From: a virus
Taxonomy: Duplodnaviria > Caudoviricetes
Length of the DNA stretch: 63,171 nt
Strand: one strand, 5' to 3'
Virus record (IMG/VR): IMGVR_UViG_3300028392_000001
Location: 1-63,171 of that record
Part shown: positions 1 to 10,500 of the stretch, in pieces
Numbering within the stretch: the first letter of the stretch is position 1
How the letters are laid out: every line of letters begins with the position of its first letter
The notes under the pieces: generated by a model
Database searches by the model: none
What the model was told of the DNA's origin: nothing
Seen by the model: the letters and a program-made list of their open reading frames with translations, nothing else
Translations under genes and position numbers: made by a program

Positions 1-127
1 ATACAAACACTTCTTTACTTTACGGAGATTATTTTCCTCAAAAGAATTTTATTGTAAGACCTTTAAATTGGAAGTCAAACACAAAAGCTTCTGAACAAGG
101 ACAGCCCTTTTTTACCCAATACGATGA
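1..127. repeat. Terminal direct repeat copy 1 (assembly circularisation overlap)
   Basis: 1-127 is identical to 63045-63171; the reading frame of the 59921 ORF continues through it into the 195..1604 ORF. Confidence 0.95.
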
Positions 128-1604
128 AGACTATCAGGGCGAATACCAAAGATGGAGATACGGAGGGTTTAGATTTAAGCAGTTTCCTACCAACATGGAC
201 TACTCTAAAAACTTTAATGTATTTAGGTTTTTTAGAAAGCCAACTATTGGATTTAAAGAAAACCTAGATTTTCCAACAAGGGTTACCTCAAGTTTATCAA
301 GACCTATTTCTCAAAGACTTTCTCCAAACCTTAAGTCTTTTAGACCATTTAACTATTTTGACCTTTCCGATGAGAACGGAGCTATAAAATATCTTTTTGC
401 TTCTTTTGTTTCTGGTATGGGAGACAATCTTTATGCTTTTGCTGAAAACGACATTTGTCTTTTAATGACAGACAAAAGAACGCTTAGCGACCTTAGTGGA
501 AATGAAATAGCGCTAGTTGCTACTTCTGGACCACAGTTAATTCGTCAGCAGATATGGTTAAGAGAAAGTAAAATGAAAGGCATGCCTAGTGAATGCTGGC
601 GTTCTTTTGCTTCATTTGGAGGTATTGGTTTTTGGGCTAACAGAAATGGAGTTTTTGCTTTGTCAAACAATAAAGTTTCTGACATAACAGAAGGTTATGT
701 TCAAAAGTTGTTTCCTAATATACTCGATTTTATTGATGAAAACTGTAAACTTGTTGGTGGTTTTGACACGAGATTTGAAGAGTATTATTTACTTTTTAAA
801 GTAATTCCTTTCGTAATAGAATATAATGTTTTTGCTGGAGTAACAACTGTTAATCTTCAGCAAACAAGCTCAACTGTTTTTACAATAACAGAACCTGCTG
901 GCTCACACAGTGCGTATGGTGTTGTTCTGAAAAATATGGCAGGCTCGACAGATTATTATTTTATTGTAAATGCACATAATAGTATTATATTTGTGGATTA
1001 TGAAGCAAGTACGACAATAACTACTGTTTCTACAAATACAAACTTTAAAGTTTCAGTAAACAGGGAAACTGGAGCATATACCATAACTTCATTTGTTCCG
1101 TCTTCTGTTTTTAAAGAGTATTTGTATGTTTTTTCCGCAAGAGAAGACAGCAAGGGATGGATGGGAGAATACGACTTTACTTTTGATAAAATGGCTTCTG
1201 AAGATGCTTCTACCTTTATAAGTAGAAGTCTTAAATCTTTTCAGATACATAAAGGATTTAAAATAAATGGACAAAGCATAGTATTTAAATCTGTATCTCC
1301 GTTTGCACCCGAAGTTGATTTTCAAAAAGAAGCTAAGCGTGTTGCTATAAATTCAAATAGAAAACCTCTTAATGGTCAAAGTTCCGTAGTACAACTTCTT
1401 TATTACAATGGAACTTCTTTTGTTTTGTTTTCAAGTTTAACATCTGCTCAACTTAAAGATTATGGCTATTACGAGCAATGGATTCCGGTAGACGGAAGTA
1501 GCAAAAGACTTCAGGGGTTAGTTTTTGGAGTGGTGGTTCAAGATTCTGACGAATCAGACTTTTCTTTAATTGACATAATTCTTCAATATCAAAGAATAAA
1601 ATAA
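3..1604 (+). CDS. 3' part of the same large tail/stabilisation protein
   Basis: Frame 3 is open from position 3 into the 195..1604 ORF; beta-propeller-like motifs (FWANRNGVFAL, GGFDTRFEEYYL). Confidence 0.75.
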   Translation, partial: TNTSLLYGDYFPQKNFIVRPLNWKSNTKASEQGQPFFTQYDEDYQGEYQRWRYGGFRFKQFPTNMDYSKNFNVFRFFRKPTIGFKENLDFPTRVTSSLSRPISQRLSPNLKSFRPFNYFDLSDENGAIKYLFASFVSGMGDNLYAFAENDICLLMTDKRTLSDLSGNEIALVATSGPQLIRQQIWLRESKMKGMPSECWRSFASFGGIGFWANRNGVFALSNNKVSDITEGYVQKLFPNILDFIDENCKLVGGFDTRFEEYYLLFKVIPFVIEYNVFAGVTTVNLQQTSSTVFTITEPAGSHSAYGVVLKNMAGSTDYYFIVNAHNSIIFVDYEASTTITTVSTNTNFKVSVNRETGAYTITSFVPSSVFKEYLYVFSAREDSKGWMGEYDFTFDKMASEDASTFISRSLKSFQIHKGFKINGQSIVFKSVSPFAPEVDFQKEAKRVAINSNRKPLNGQSSVVQLLYYNGTSFVLFSSLTSAQLKDYGYYEQWIPVDGSSKRLQGLVFGVVVQDSDESDFSLIDIILQYQRIK

Positions 1605-2293
1605 TGAAAAATTTAAAGTTTTTTCCTATCTGCGATGGAGGAATCATTGGAGGAATATTTGGTGGAATTACAGGTATTGCTCAGATGATTGGAGGTGCAG
1701 TTAGAAATGCTAAAGCAAACAAAATAAAGCCACCGCTAGAAGACTCCGAGCAAAGAAGTAACTATATTGACATATTAAGAAAGTCTCGTGGATACGAAAC
1801 AGGTTCTGCTGTAAGCAGAATACTTGGAAATATTGGCATAGGAGAAGCTACTGCTGATGCAGGAATTGTTTCTGCCGGAGGAGGAGATGGAGGCGCAACT
1901 CTTCAAGCTTTAATAAGAACAAACAGAAATACTGGCTCTGCTTATAATGAAGCACTTTCTGTTGCAGAACAAAACTCAAAGTTTTATCAAGGAATGGCAA
2001 CTTCAGTACTTGACCAAATTGCACAAAGAAAACTTGAGCTTCAAATGTATGATTATGCAACTGAAAAAGCAGGAGCACAAGCAATGTTTGCTGCTGGAAG
2101 TGACAATCTTGCTGGAGCCTTTTCTGGAAACTCAGGTAAAAGCTCTTCTGTATCTAATGGAAATTCAGGCGCTGCTTACATATCAAGTAAAAACACAACC
2201 AGCAATGGAGGCTTTATTGATTCCGGAGCTGGCGGTTCTCAAGTTCCTAGCAACAACTCAATAAGCGATGTAAACTATGGCGGTTACGCTTAA
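1604..2293 (+). CDS. Putative internal virion/ejection protein with Gly-rich amphipathic N-terminus; carries leader LKFFPICD
   Basis: GGIIGGIFGGITGIAQMIGG N-terminus, Ala/Gly/Gln-rich, directly after the tail gene as for podovirus ejection proteins. Confidence 0.6.
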   Translation: MKNLKFFPICDGGIIGGIFGGITGIAQMIGGAVRNAKANKIKPPLEDSEQRSNYIDILRKSRGYETGSAVSRILGNIGIGEATADAGIVSAGGGDGGATLQALIRTNRNTGSAYNEALSVAEQNSKFYQGMATSVLDQIAQRKLELQMYDYATEKAGAQAMFAAGSDNLAGAFSGNSGKSSSVSNGNSGAAYISSKNTTSNGGFIDSGAGGSQVPSNNSISDVNYGGYA

Positions 2294-2341
2294 TAACTAA
2301 TAGCAAAGCAATATTTTTAGAAATTTCCCGTTTGAAGTACA

Positions 2342-4537
2342 ATGCAAAATATCCAAAATAAGCCCATTTATTTGCGTTTTTATGCCATTTCGGACGATGG
2401 TAATACAAATATACAAACGCCCATGACGGGCGATAATAACGCAAATAACGATAACGGGTTGTCTGCTGACAATTACGCAAGTAGTTTTGTCTCTGGCGTT
2501 AGTCCACAAGCTGACGGAAAAGATGAAACTTTTATAACTCCTACTGACATAGGGGCTGTTTCTTCTCCAAACGAGTATGACAACTTTTATTCTAATTACC
2601 TTTCTACTCCTCAATCAAATCTTCCTAGAGAATCAAATGCTGACTATTTTGTTAATCCTAATCGTTCAGTTAATTTAGGAACATATAGTGGAAAAGTAAT
2701 TGGCAGCGTTCCTATCTTTGGAGGAGGGATGGCTGTTAGAATACCTTTCGCAGCTTATGCCAATAAGCGTAATGAGCTTGAGGCGCAGGCAAGACTTCAA
2801 ATGCAAAGACTTGCCAAGCCACTTGACTACACTGTCCCAACGACAGATGCTAGGTATCAACAGAAATTTGCTAATACTTTTTTAAACAGCGTAAATTCTT
2901 TTATCGACAGAGCTCAAAAGGCTTATGGCAATAAAGCTTTTAGAATGCTCGAAAATCCTAGTACTCAAATAGGAAAAGAATACAAGCAAACACTTGAAAA
3001 CTTTAAAGCAGTAGGTGACGATATAAAGTCACTTGTTTCAACAGCTGCTGAAGTTGACAAGTCTGAAAAGTCAGGAGCGTATTTAACTCCCGAAGCATAC
3101 AAACTTAAAAATGAAATTTTAGGTGGAATTGCTGACTTGGATAAAAACGGCTATTCCTCTGTTAATATAGCTGAAAAGCAATCTAAGCTTAAAACTCACA
3201 TGAACCTGTCGCAAATACTTGACAAGGAATGGAACAACATAAAGCAAGATTTGCAGTCAACTTACAATGCTGGCAAAGTTGACGGAAGTATAAAGGGAAG
3301 CTATTATGACTTTCTTGTTCAGCAACAAAAAGAGTTTCTTTCAAGTGGAAGAGCTGAGGATATTGCTAAGTCATTAGCCACTCAGCATCCAAATACTATA
3401 TTTGACGAAGAAACAGGAAGACAACGTTCTGACCAGCCATTTACAACTAAAGAAGCTAAAGACTACATTTCTTCTATGTTTGGCGACAGGATTAAACTTG
3501 AAGGAACAGTTGCTTACAATCAAGCTAAAAACAAAACTAACATATACACAGGAAACCCTAAAGATGTTTCTGCTTCAGGTGACTTTGTTATAAGCACGTA
3601 CAACAATCTTGCTAATGGAGATGTTTTTGTTGTGGATAGTAAAAACAAAATAGTTCCAGGTAAAGGCGGAGTTATGGTATATAATGACGGAGTGGCAAAA
3701 ATGATTCCTTTTGGCGATAAGAGAGCTATTATGGAAGCCATTGTAAACATTTCTTCTAAGCAGCCTAGCTTGTGGGGAGCAGGAACAGAGTACACTGTTG
3801 CTGACGTAAATGCTCACATGAAGTCTAACTGGGATAATCTTTATAACAAGAATACCAAAAACAACACTCCAGACTATAAAAACCTTTTGCCTGCTGTCAA
3901 CAAAGATATTACAAGTAAAGTTAACAACGTAGCATATAATTATGGAATTGTTCCTATATCTCCAGGATTAGATTTGACAGGAGCTTCTGTTGATAACTCG
4001 GGAAGACTATCTTTTACAGCTAAGGTTGGAAACAACGAGGCGCTAAACGTAGGGGTTCCTATTCCAGCGTCTTCTCTTTCTGGGGAAGAAAAAGGAATAC
4101 TTGACAATACTTACAATGCAGCAACTGCTGGCAATTTTGTATTTGTTCCTGGAGCAAAGTACAAGCTTGACCCCGATGGAAATGATTATCAAGTTATTCT
4201 TTCTAATGGCAAAGTATTTCAAACTGGCGACCACACCTTTCTTATACCTAAAGAATCTATTGAATCTCCTATTAATGGAGTTTACAATAATGCAGTAAGG
4301 TCTTCTGTTTCAAAAACAAGTTCTTCTCAAGGAAGTCAAAGTACTCCAAATACAGCTGGGAAGCCAAAGCAAATTGTAACAATGGTAGACCCAGCAGTTG
4401 TTTGGTCTAAACCTACCTCGTCTATAAATATTTCAGGAGTTGTGTTAAAGTCTTCTGACGGAACAAACTATGTAACACAAGATGGTTCCGCTAGATACGT
4501 TAAAACAGCAACTGGAAGTTTCAAAAAAGTTCAATAA
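2342..4537 (+). CDS. Putative internal virion/ejection protein (731 aa; start uncertain)
   Basis: Long ORF between the small ejection-like gene and the giant protein; its 5' end overlaps an AG/CT-free element. Confidence 0.55.
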   Translation: MQNIQNKPIYLRFYAISDDGNTNIQTPMTGDNNANNDNGLSADNYASSFVSGVSPQADGKDETFITPTDIGAVSSPNEYDNFYSNYLSTPQSNLPRESNADYFVNPNRSVNLGTYSGKVIGSVPIFGGGMAVRIPFAAYANKRNELEAQARLQMQRLAKPLDYTVPTTDARYQQKFANTFLNSVNSFIDRAQKAYGNKAFRMLENPSTQIGKEYKQTLENFKAVGDDIKSLVSTAAEVDKSEKSGAYLTPEAYKLKNEILGGIADLDKNGYSSVNIAEKQSKLKTHMNLSQILDKEWNNIKQDLQSTYNAGKVDGSIKGSYYDFLVQQQKEFLSSGRAEDIAKSLATQHPNTIFDEETGRQRSDQPFTTKEAKDYISSMFGDRIKLEGTVAYNQAKNKTNIYTGNPKDVSASGDFVISTYNNLANGDVFVVDSKNKIVPGKGGVMVYNDGVAKMIPFGDKRAIMEAIVNISSKQPSLWGAGTEYTVADVNAHMKSNWDNLYNKNTKNNTPDYKNLLPAVNKDITSKVNNVAYNYGIVPISPGLDLTGASVDNSGRLSFTAKVGNNEALNVGVPIPASSLSGEEKGILDNTYNAATAGNFVFVPGAKYKLDPDGNDYQVILSNGKVFQTGDHTFLIPKESIESPINGVYNNAVRSSVSKTSSSQGSQSTPNTAGKPKQIVTMVDPAVVWSKPTSSINISGVVLKSSDGTNYVTQDGSARYVKTATGSFKKVQ
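2362..2463 (+). repeat. AG/CT-free dispersed element copy 1
   Basis: Core gcccatttatttgcgtttt; internal inverted repeat ttatttgcgtt/aacgcaaataa. Confidence 0.8.
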
Positions 4538-4557
4538 CAATATCAAAGTCACTAGTC

Positions 4558-7500
4558 ATGGCAGAAACAAAACTAGGAATTCCAGTAGGAACTCCTGATA
4601 AAATAGCTCCTAACGAAGGCGCTATTGAAAATATGCTCCACACAATAGAAAGAGCATCGTCTCCTCAAGGTTTGCCTCAGTCGCAACCTATTCAAAATAC
4701 TAGTCAAGTAAATGAGCTTCCTGACGAAGTTCACGGAGTTGTAGAGGAGGCAACTAATAATTCTCATGACAATCTTCCTGAAGAAGTTCATGGCGTTATA
4801 GAAGAAACAGTAACTCCTGACCTGCCAGAAGAAGTTCACGGAGTTGCGGAAGTATCTGAAACAAAGCCTCAGGCTTCTCCCGTTCAATCAATATTTGCAC
4901 AGCCACATCCTGACATTGCCTCTAAGAATACTTACGAGAATGGTTGGACTTTGGCTGGTCAAATGAATCAAGAGTTTAATAGACTTGTAGACCAATATGG
5001 AAGAGATAAGTTTACCTCTGAGTGGAACGCAGCAAAGACGGAAGAACAAAAAACTAAAACAAATCAACCAGCTCCTGTTTACATAAATGGAGTTGAGCAA
5101 TACGTAATAGAAAAAGAGCCTTCTCTTATGGAGAAGCATAACAACTTCTTTGGTCATATAAATGACGAAATAGGAAAAGAGGTTAAAAATGCTTGGGATT
5201 GGGTTAGTCAAAAAACATATAGAGAAAGTAACGAGGCAGAAAAAAGAAAAACAATGCTTCAAACTTCTGCTTATATGCACGGAGATTATTTGGATTGGAA
5301 AGAGTTGACTCCTGATGCAAAAAGAGTTATAACTCAAATGAACAATGAAAAAATAAAAGATAACAATTACGGAATAGTAATAAACAGCACTACTGGAAAA
5401 ACAGACCAGATGATTAAAGACCTATCAAAAACTGTAGGAGACTTTAATCTTGTTTTTTCTACAATGGGAACTCCGATTGAAAAAGATTCAATGAAGGAAG
5501 GAGAAATGTATTTTAAAGACCAAAAGACTGGCGGAGCATTAGTTCCAAATTCTTTCTTTTCAGGTCTTATGAAAAAGTATGGAGAATCAGCATTAGACCC
5601 ACAGGTTGTTGAAAGAGAATATATAAACAGCGTAAATAAAAACAAGTATGGAATCTATGAAAAATATGGATTTGTAGGTGAAGTTCCTAAAAACACTCCA
5701 GAGGTTGTTTCAGAATTGCTTCAAAGCAATACTTATTTAAATTCTTCAGCAGCTGAAAAAAGAGCAATGCTTGTTGATTTGCACAACAGAGTTCCTGATT
5801 TAAAAGCAACACCACTCGAAAGTTTTATATACAACTATCAAAACACATTTACTCCAGCTTTAGACCTTAGCGTAATGAAAGCTATGGCAAAAGAAAGATT
5901 AGATAAACTTCCAAAAGATTTAAGTTTAAAAGAAAATATATTAAAACTAGGAAGCGAGTTTCTTCATCCAAGAGCTTCAGGAGATATTCCTACTGACGAA
6001 ATGGAAGAAGATAGAAAACTAGACAATGCTAAAAACTTTTATGAAGATTTAATTGAGCATCCTTACGAAGGCGAGGGTTCTTGGCTTTCAAAAATGAATC
6101 CTTTTAACAAGTCTAATAATGGATATAAAGCTATTCCGTTTTTAGGTTCAGAAATGGATGCTTTTAAAAATCTTGATTTATACATAGCAGCAAAGACAAA
6201 ACAAAAAGACCTATCTCCTGGAGATGCAGAGCTTCTTGAAGCAGCCAAAATATATAATGCAGGAATATCTCTTTCAAAGAATGACTTTTATTATTCTTTA
6301 GGGAAAGACGTTCTTCCTAGAATGGTATCTTTTATTGGTGAGATGGGAGCTACAAAAGGCATTTCCGAAGGAACAGGTCTTGCTTTTGAAAAACTTGGTC
6401 AAAGAGCACTTGAGGCGCAAGGAATACAAAACGCCAGCAAATGGACACTTCAGTCTATAAACGGACTTGGCAAAACAGTTGATTTACTTACCCAAACGTC
6501 AACTTCTGGAGCTACTTTAATTCCTTCAGAAACATTAAGAAGAATGACTCCTCAAGATGGATTCTTCTTTTCTAATAATTCAAATGAAATAGTACATAAT
6601 TTTCAGTTAGCAGCAGGAGATGATTTTGCTACAGCATTAACAAAGTCTTATCTTAATCAACTTCAAGAAGTTGGAACAGAAAAAGTAGGTGATTTACTTC
6701 AAGGAAAGGTCATGGATGCTTTTCTTAAAGGAGCAAAACTTTCAGGCAAGGCGGTAGAGGGACTTGCTACAATAGCTGGAGTTTCAGAAGAAACAATAGA
6801 AAGGTTTTCAAAGTTAATGGCTAACGCTCAAACAAGAGCTTATGCCACAAGAGTCATGCTTTCTGATTTTGCCAAGAAAACAGGAGTAGACTTTTCTTTG
6901 AATCCGCAAAGCTGGACGCCAAGAGCAATAAAAGATTTAATGAAAGAATCTTCTATTAACTCTTACCCAATGGAGGTTTTTGAAGAGTTTCTTTCAAACA
7001 GAATACAGCCAAGAATTGAAGGAGAAGCCGACCCTGGACTTTATGACTTAGGTGCTTTAGGAAATGAAACTTATCAGAGTTCATTAGCTATGGCTCCTTT
7101 ATTTATGTTCGGTTTAGGTACCTCTGTTTTAAGTACTGGATATAATTCAGCATTTAGGCCAGAGTACACTAGGTTTGGACAGCTTCATGACGATATACTT
7201 AATATGAGTAATGAGGAGTTTATAGTTAGGAGAGACAAAACTATGGACGAAATTCAGTCTTTTTCTAATCCTTCATTGCGTTCGGCTCTTTCTGGAATAG
7301 TTTCAAAAAGACTTGACTACAATGGAGAAAAGCCATTTTCTGAGTTTTATAATGAATACACAGGACAGGCAAAAGAGCTTCAGTCACTTTACTCTAGGAT
7401 AAAAAGCGGTAAGTTTGATTCTGATGCTTCTGTTGTTGACGCTATTCAAAACGGAATGTCTTCAGCAGTTCATGCAGACATAAGAGATGAATACGAGTCA

Positions 7501-10500
7501 ATACTAAATAATCATGCTGCTTTTGAAGAGTCTAAAGCTAAAGGAACTTTTGATGGAACGTTCTCAAAGTATATTTCCACAGAGATTGACAAAGTAAACG
7601 AAGTAAGGTCTACTTTAGCAAACTATATATCTAATGGAATTGGCAACATAAATGGAATTTCAGAAGAAATAGAAACACTTAATACTTCAGAAAAGAATAA
7701 AGAATCTTTAAGAAGTGCTAATAAAATAGCTCAACAAATAAGAGTTAATACACTTGAAAACTTTTCTGTTGACAGGAACGGAGTAACAGCAAGACCTTCC
7801 GTTACTTTTTCTGATGGTATAAGGTTTGACTTAAACGAAGATGGCGAATATGTTTTTAAAGGAGGGGGCGATGTAAAAGAAACTTTGCCAACTATAGCTT
7901 CTGCTATTGACGGCATGGATTCTGCTCAACTTGTCGAAGCGTCAAATGTAATAGCAAACATGGCTGGTGTTGAAAGCGAAGACAAAGTTGCGCTTAATGG
8001 AAAAATAGCGCAAAGATTTGTAGACTCGCTTAAAACAGCTTCTAACATAGAAACACTTGGTGCTGGCAGTGTAATTGATATGTTCGAAGCACTTGATAAT
8101 ATTTATGCTCAGGAACACAAGCCACCTTCTAGTGTTAAAGCAGACGCTTTGGCTAATCTTAAAAGACTTATAGGAAACTCTATGTCTCAAGATTCGTCAG
8201 CAAACAACGCTTCGAACATGAGAAAGCTCGTGTTCAACGTAGCTCAGTTTAATAACGTAATGACTTTTAAAGACTGGAATAGTCTTCACGGCTCTATAAA
8301 AAATAAAGAAGGAGTTGTAAGGGAAATTGAAGAGCCTACTGATTCAGAGTTTTCTGTTGTGTCTGCTGAAGACAAAATACGTAAAGTTTTAAAAGGGCTT
8401 AAGTTCAGTAAACTACATACACTCAAGTCTTTAAAGGAACTAAATGCTAGTGTTAAAAAGTTTGACGAAGTTCTTGCTAAGCTTGCCGAAGACAAGGACA
8501 TAGACTTTACTAAAAATGGAGTAAACGTTCTTCGTTCAATCGTATTGCAGTTACCTAGTGAGTTATTAGACTTTAATACCAAAATAGAAAAGTCTGACTC
8601 AAAACAAGGTTCTTACTACGACCCTGTTACAAGGACTATACACATAAACGTTAACGGAGCTTCTGAATCTCAAATTGTATCTGAAACAGCAGAGGAGATT
8701 GCTCACTCTGTTCATCATGCTCTTGTTGGAAAGTCTGTCAATATGACTTTAGATTCCGACCAGCTGGAAGAAATACTTGGTAACGTTCCTAAATCTGTCA
8801 AGTCGTTTAATGAGTTTTTTAATTCAAAGAAGTTTGATTATGCTTTATTTCAGTCACTTACTGAAATGAATCCTTCTGAAATGTCGGACGAACAAAAAGC
8901 TTTACTTGCTGATATAAAAGCTATGCTGAAAGTAGCCGCAGGAAAGAGCAAGACATCTATTTATTTTATATCTGCTTTTGACATAGGTCACGACAAGAAG
9001 CTTAATACTAGAAACATCGTAGAGTCTTACAATAGATATAAGATGTTTAAAGAGGCTGGGTATTCAAATACTCAGTCACTTTATTATGCCACTAGCAGAG
9101 CTGAATTTACCGCAAGAGTATTTGCTGACTACTTGATTGACAAAACAGCTCAGTACAATATAAATGAAGCTACAGGTGTTTTCGCAACGTTTGATAAGCT
9201 TAGAGCTTGGACATACAAGAACGTTGCCAAGCCTATACTTCAAAGTGTATTTAAAAACTCCGAAATAACAGTTGACAACAACATAGTTTATTCTATACTT
9301 GGAGAGTATGGAGTAAAGACAATGGAGAAAGCTATTGACGACTTGGGTATGGAATCTCCGAGCACTGCTGTAGATGAGAATGGAAACAGAATCTTCTCAA
9401 TGAGAATGACTCCTGTTTTTGAGAGTAATCCTATTGTTGTAAACGAAAAAGATTTCGACAAGTTGTCAAGAAATCTTTACAACAAGAGTCCACTCGATTT
9501 TGACTTAGAGAACAAGTACTCTTCTCGCTCTGACAATGCCTTCTTAAAAGAATACGAAGCTGCCGGAATTTTTGACGTAGAAAAGCAATTAGAGCTCTCT
9601 GCCAAGATAAATGAAGACGAAGAAAAGATTGATGAAGTAAAGCAGTCTAGGCTTAATCAAATTGAGAAATTGCTGGTTAAAGAAAAAGATGAGGATAAAA
9701 TTAACTCTAAGCGTTCCGAAAAAGAAGCAAAAGCACTAGGATACTTATTTGCCACAACTAACAAAAAGGTTATAACTAAAAATGCTGAATCTCTTTTTGG
9801 AGTTAATGTATCTAATCTTCTCGATAATATCAAATACAATTACGGAGTAGACATAATCTCTTCCGCTCCTTTGATGAGTGCCGAAAATGGCAAGCAATAT
9901 TCAAAAAGCGAAATGGATAACGCTCAAATTTTGCCCGTTTTGGGCATTTATAAACGTTTTAACGATGTTTTACCCGTTACGGTATTGTTATATTCACCCG
10001 AAAATAAAATCGTTAAAAACGGTTTGGAATCGAGCAAACTATCCGATTCTCCTGAATACTTTGATACTGAAACCGGACTCTATGTTAAATTTATACCAAA
10101 AACATCTTCTCCTGGTGAAATTGTAATTAATGACAACGAAGAAAGTCAAAATACAGAACAAGAAGTTAAGGACTTAAACATCTCTATACAAAAAGGATTT
10201 AAAAGTCTTTCAAGTCTTTTGGGGATAGAACTTGGAGAGTCTCAAGATAGAAAAATATACAGCATACGAAATGAAGTTAATGGCTTTGACTTTATTAAAA
10301 AGAAACTTGGAGAAACAACAGCTAAGGCAATAAGAGAAAGCATTCCTTCGGCACTCGACCAGCCACAAGAATTTTACGACTTTATAACTGAAAAGATTCC
10401 TGTAAAAGAAGACATACCTTTTATTGTTAAAACAATCCCCTCTAGGATTGATGCTCTTTTTAGAGAAAGTAAAAAATATGTTGAGTCTGAAAATAAAAAT

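Noticed and set aside
1-127. Terminal repeat as a biological DTR
   Set aside because: It lies mid-gene and is exactly 127 bp, a typical assembler k-mer overlap
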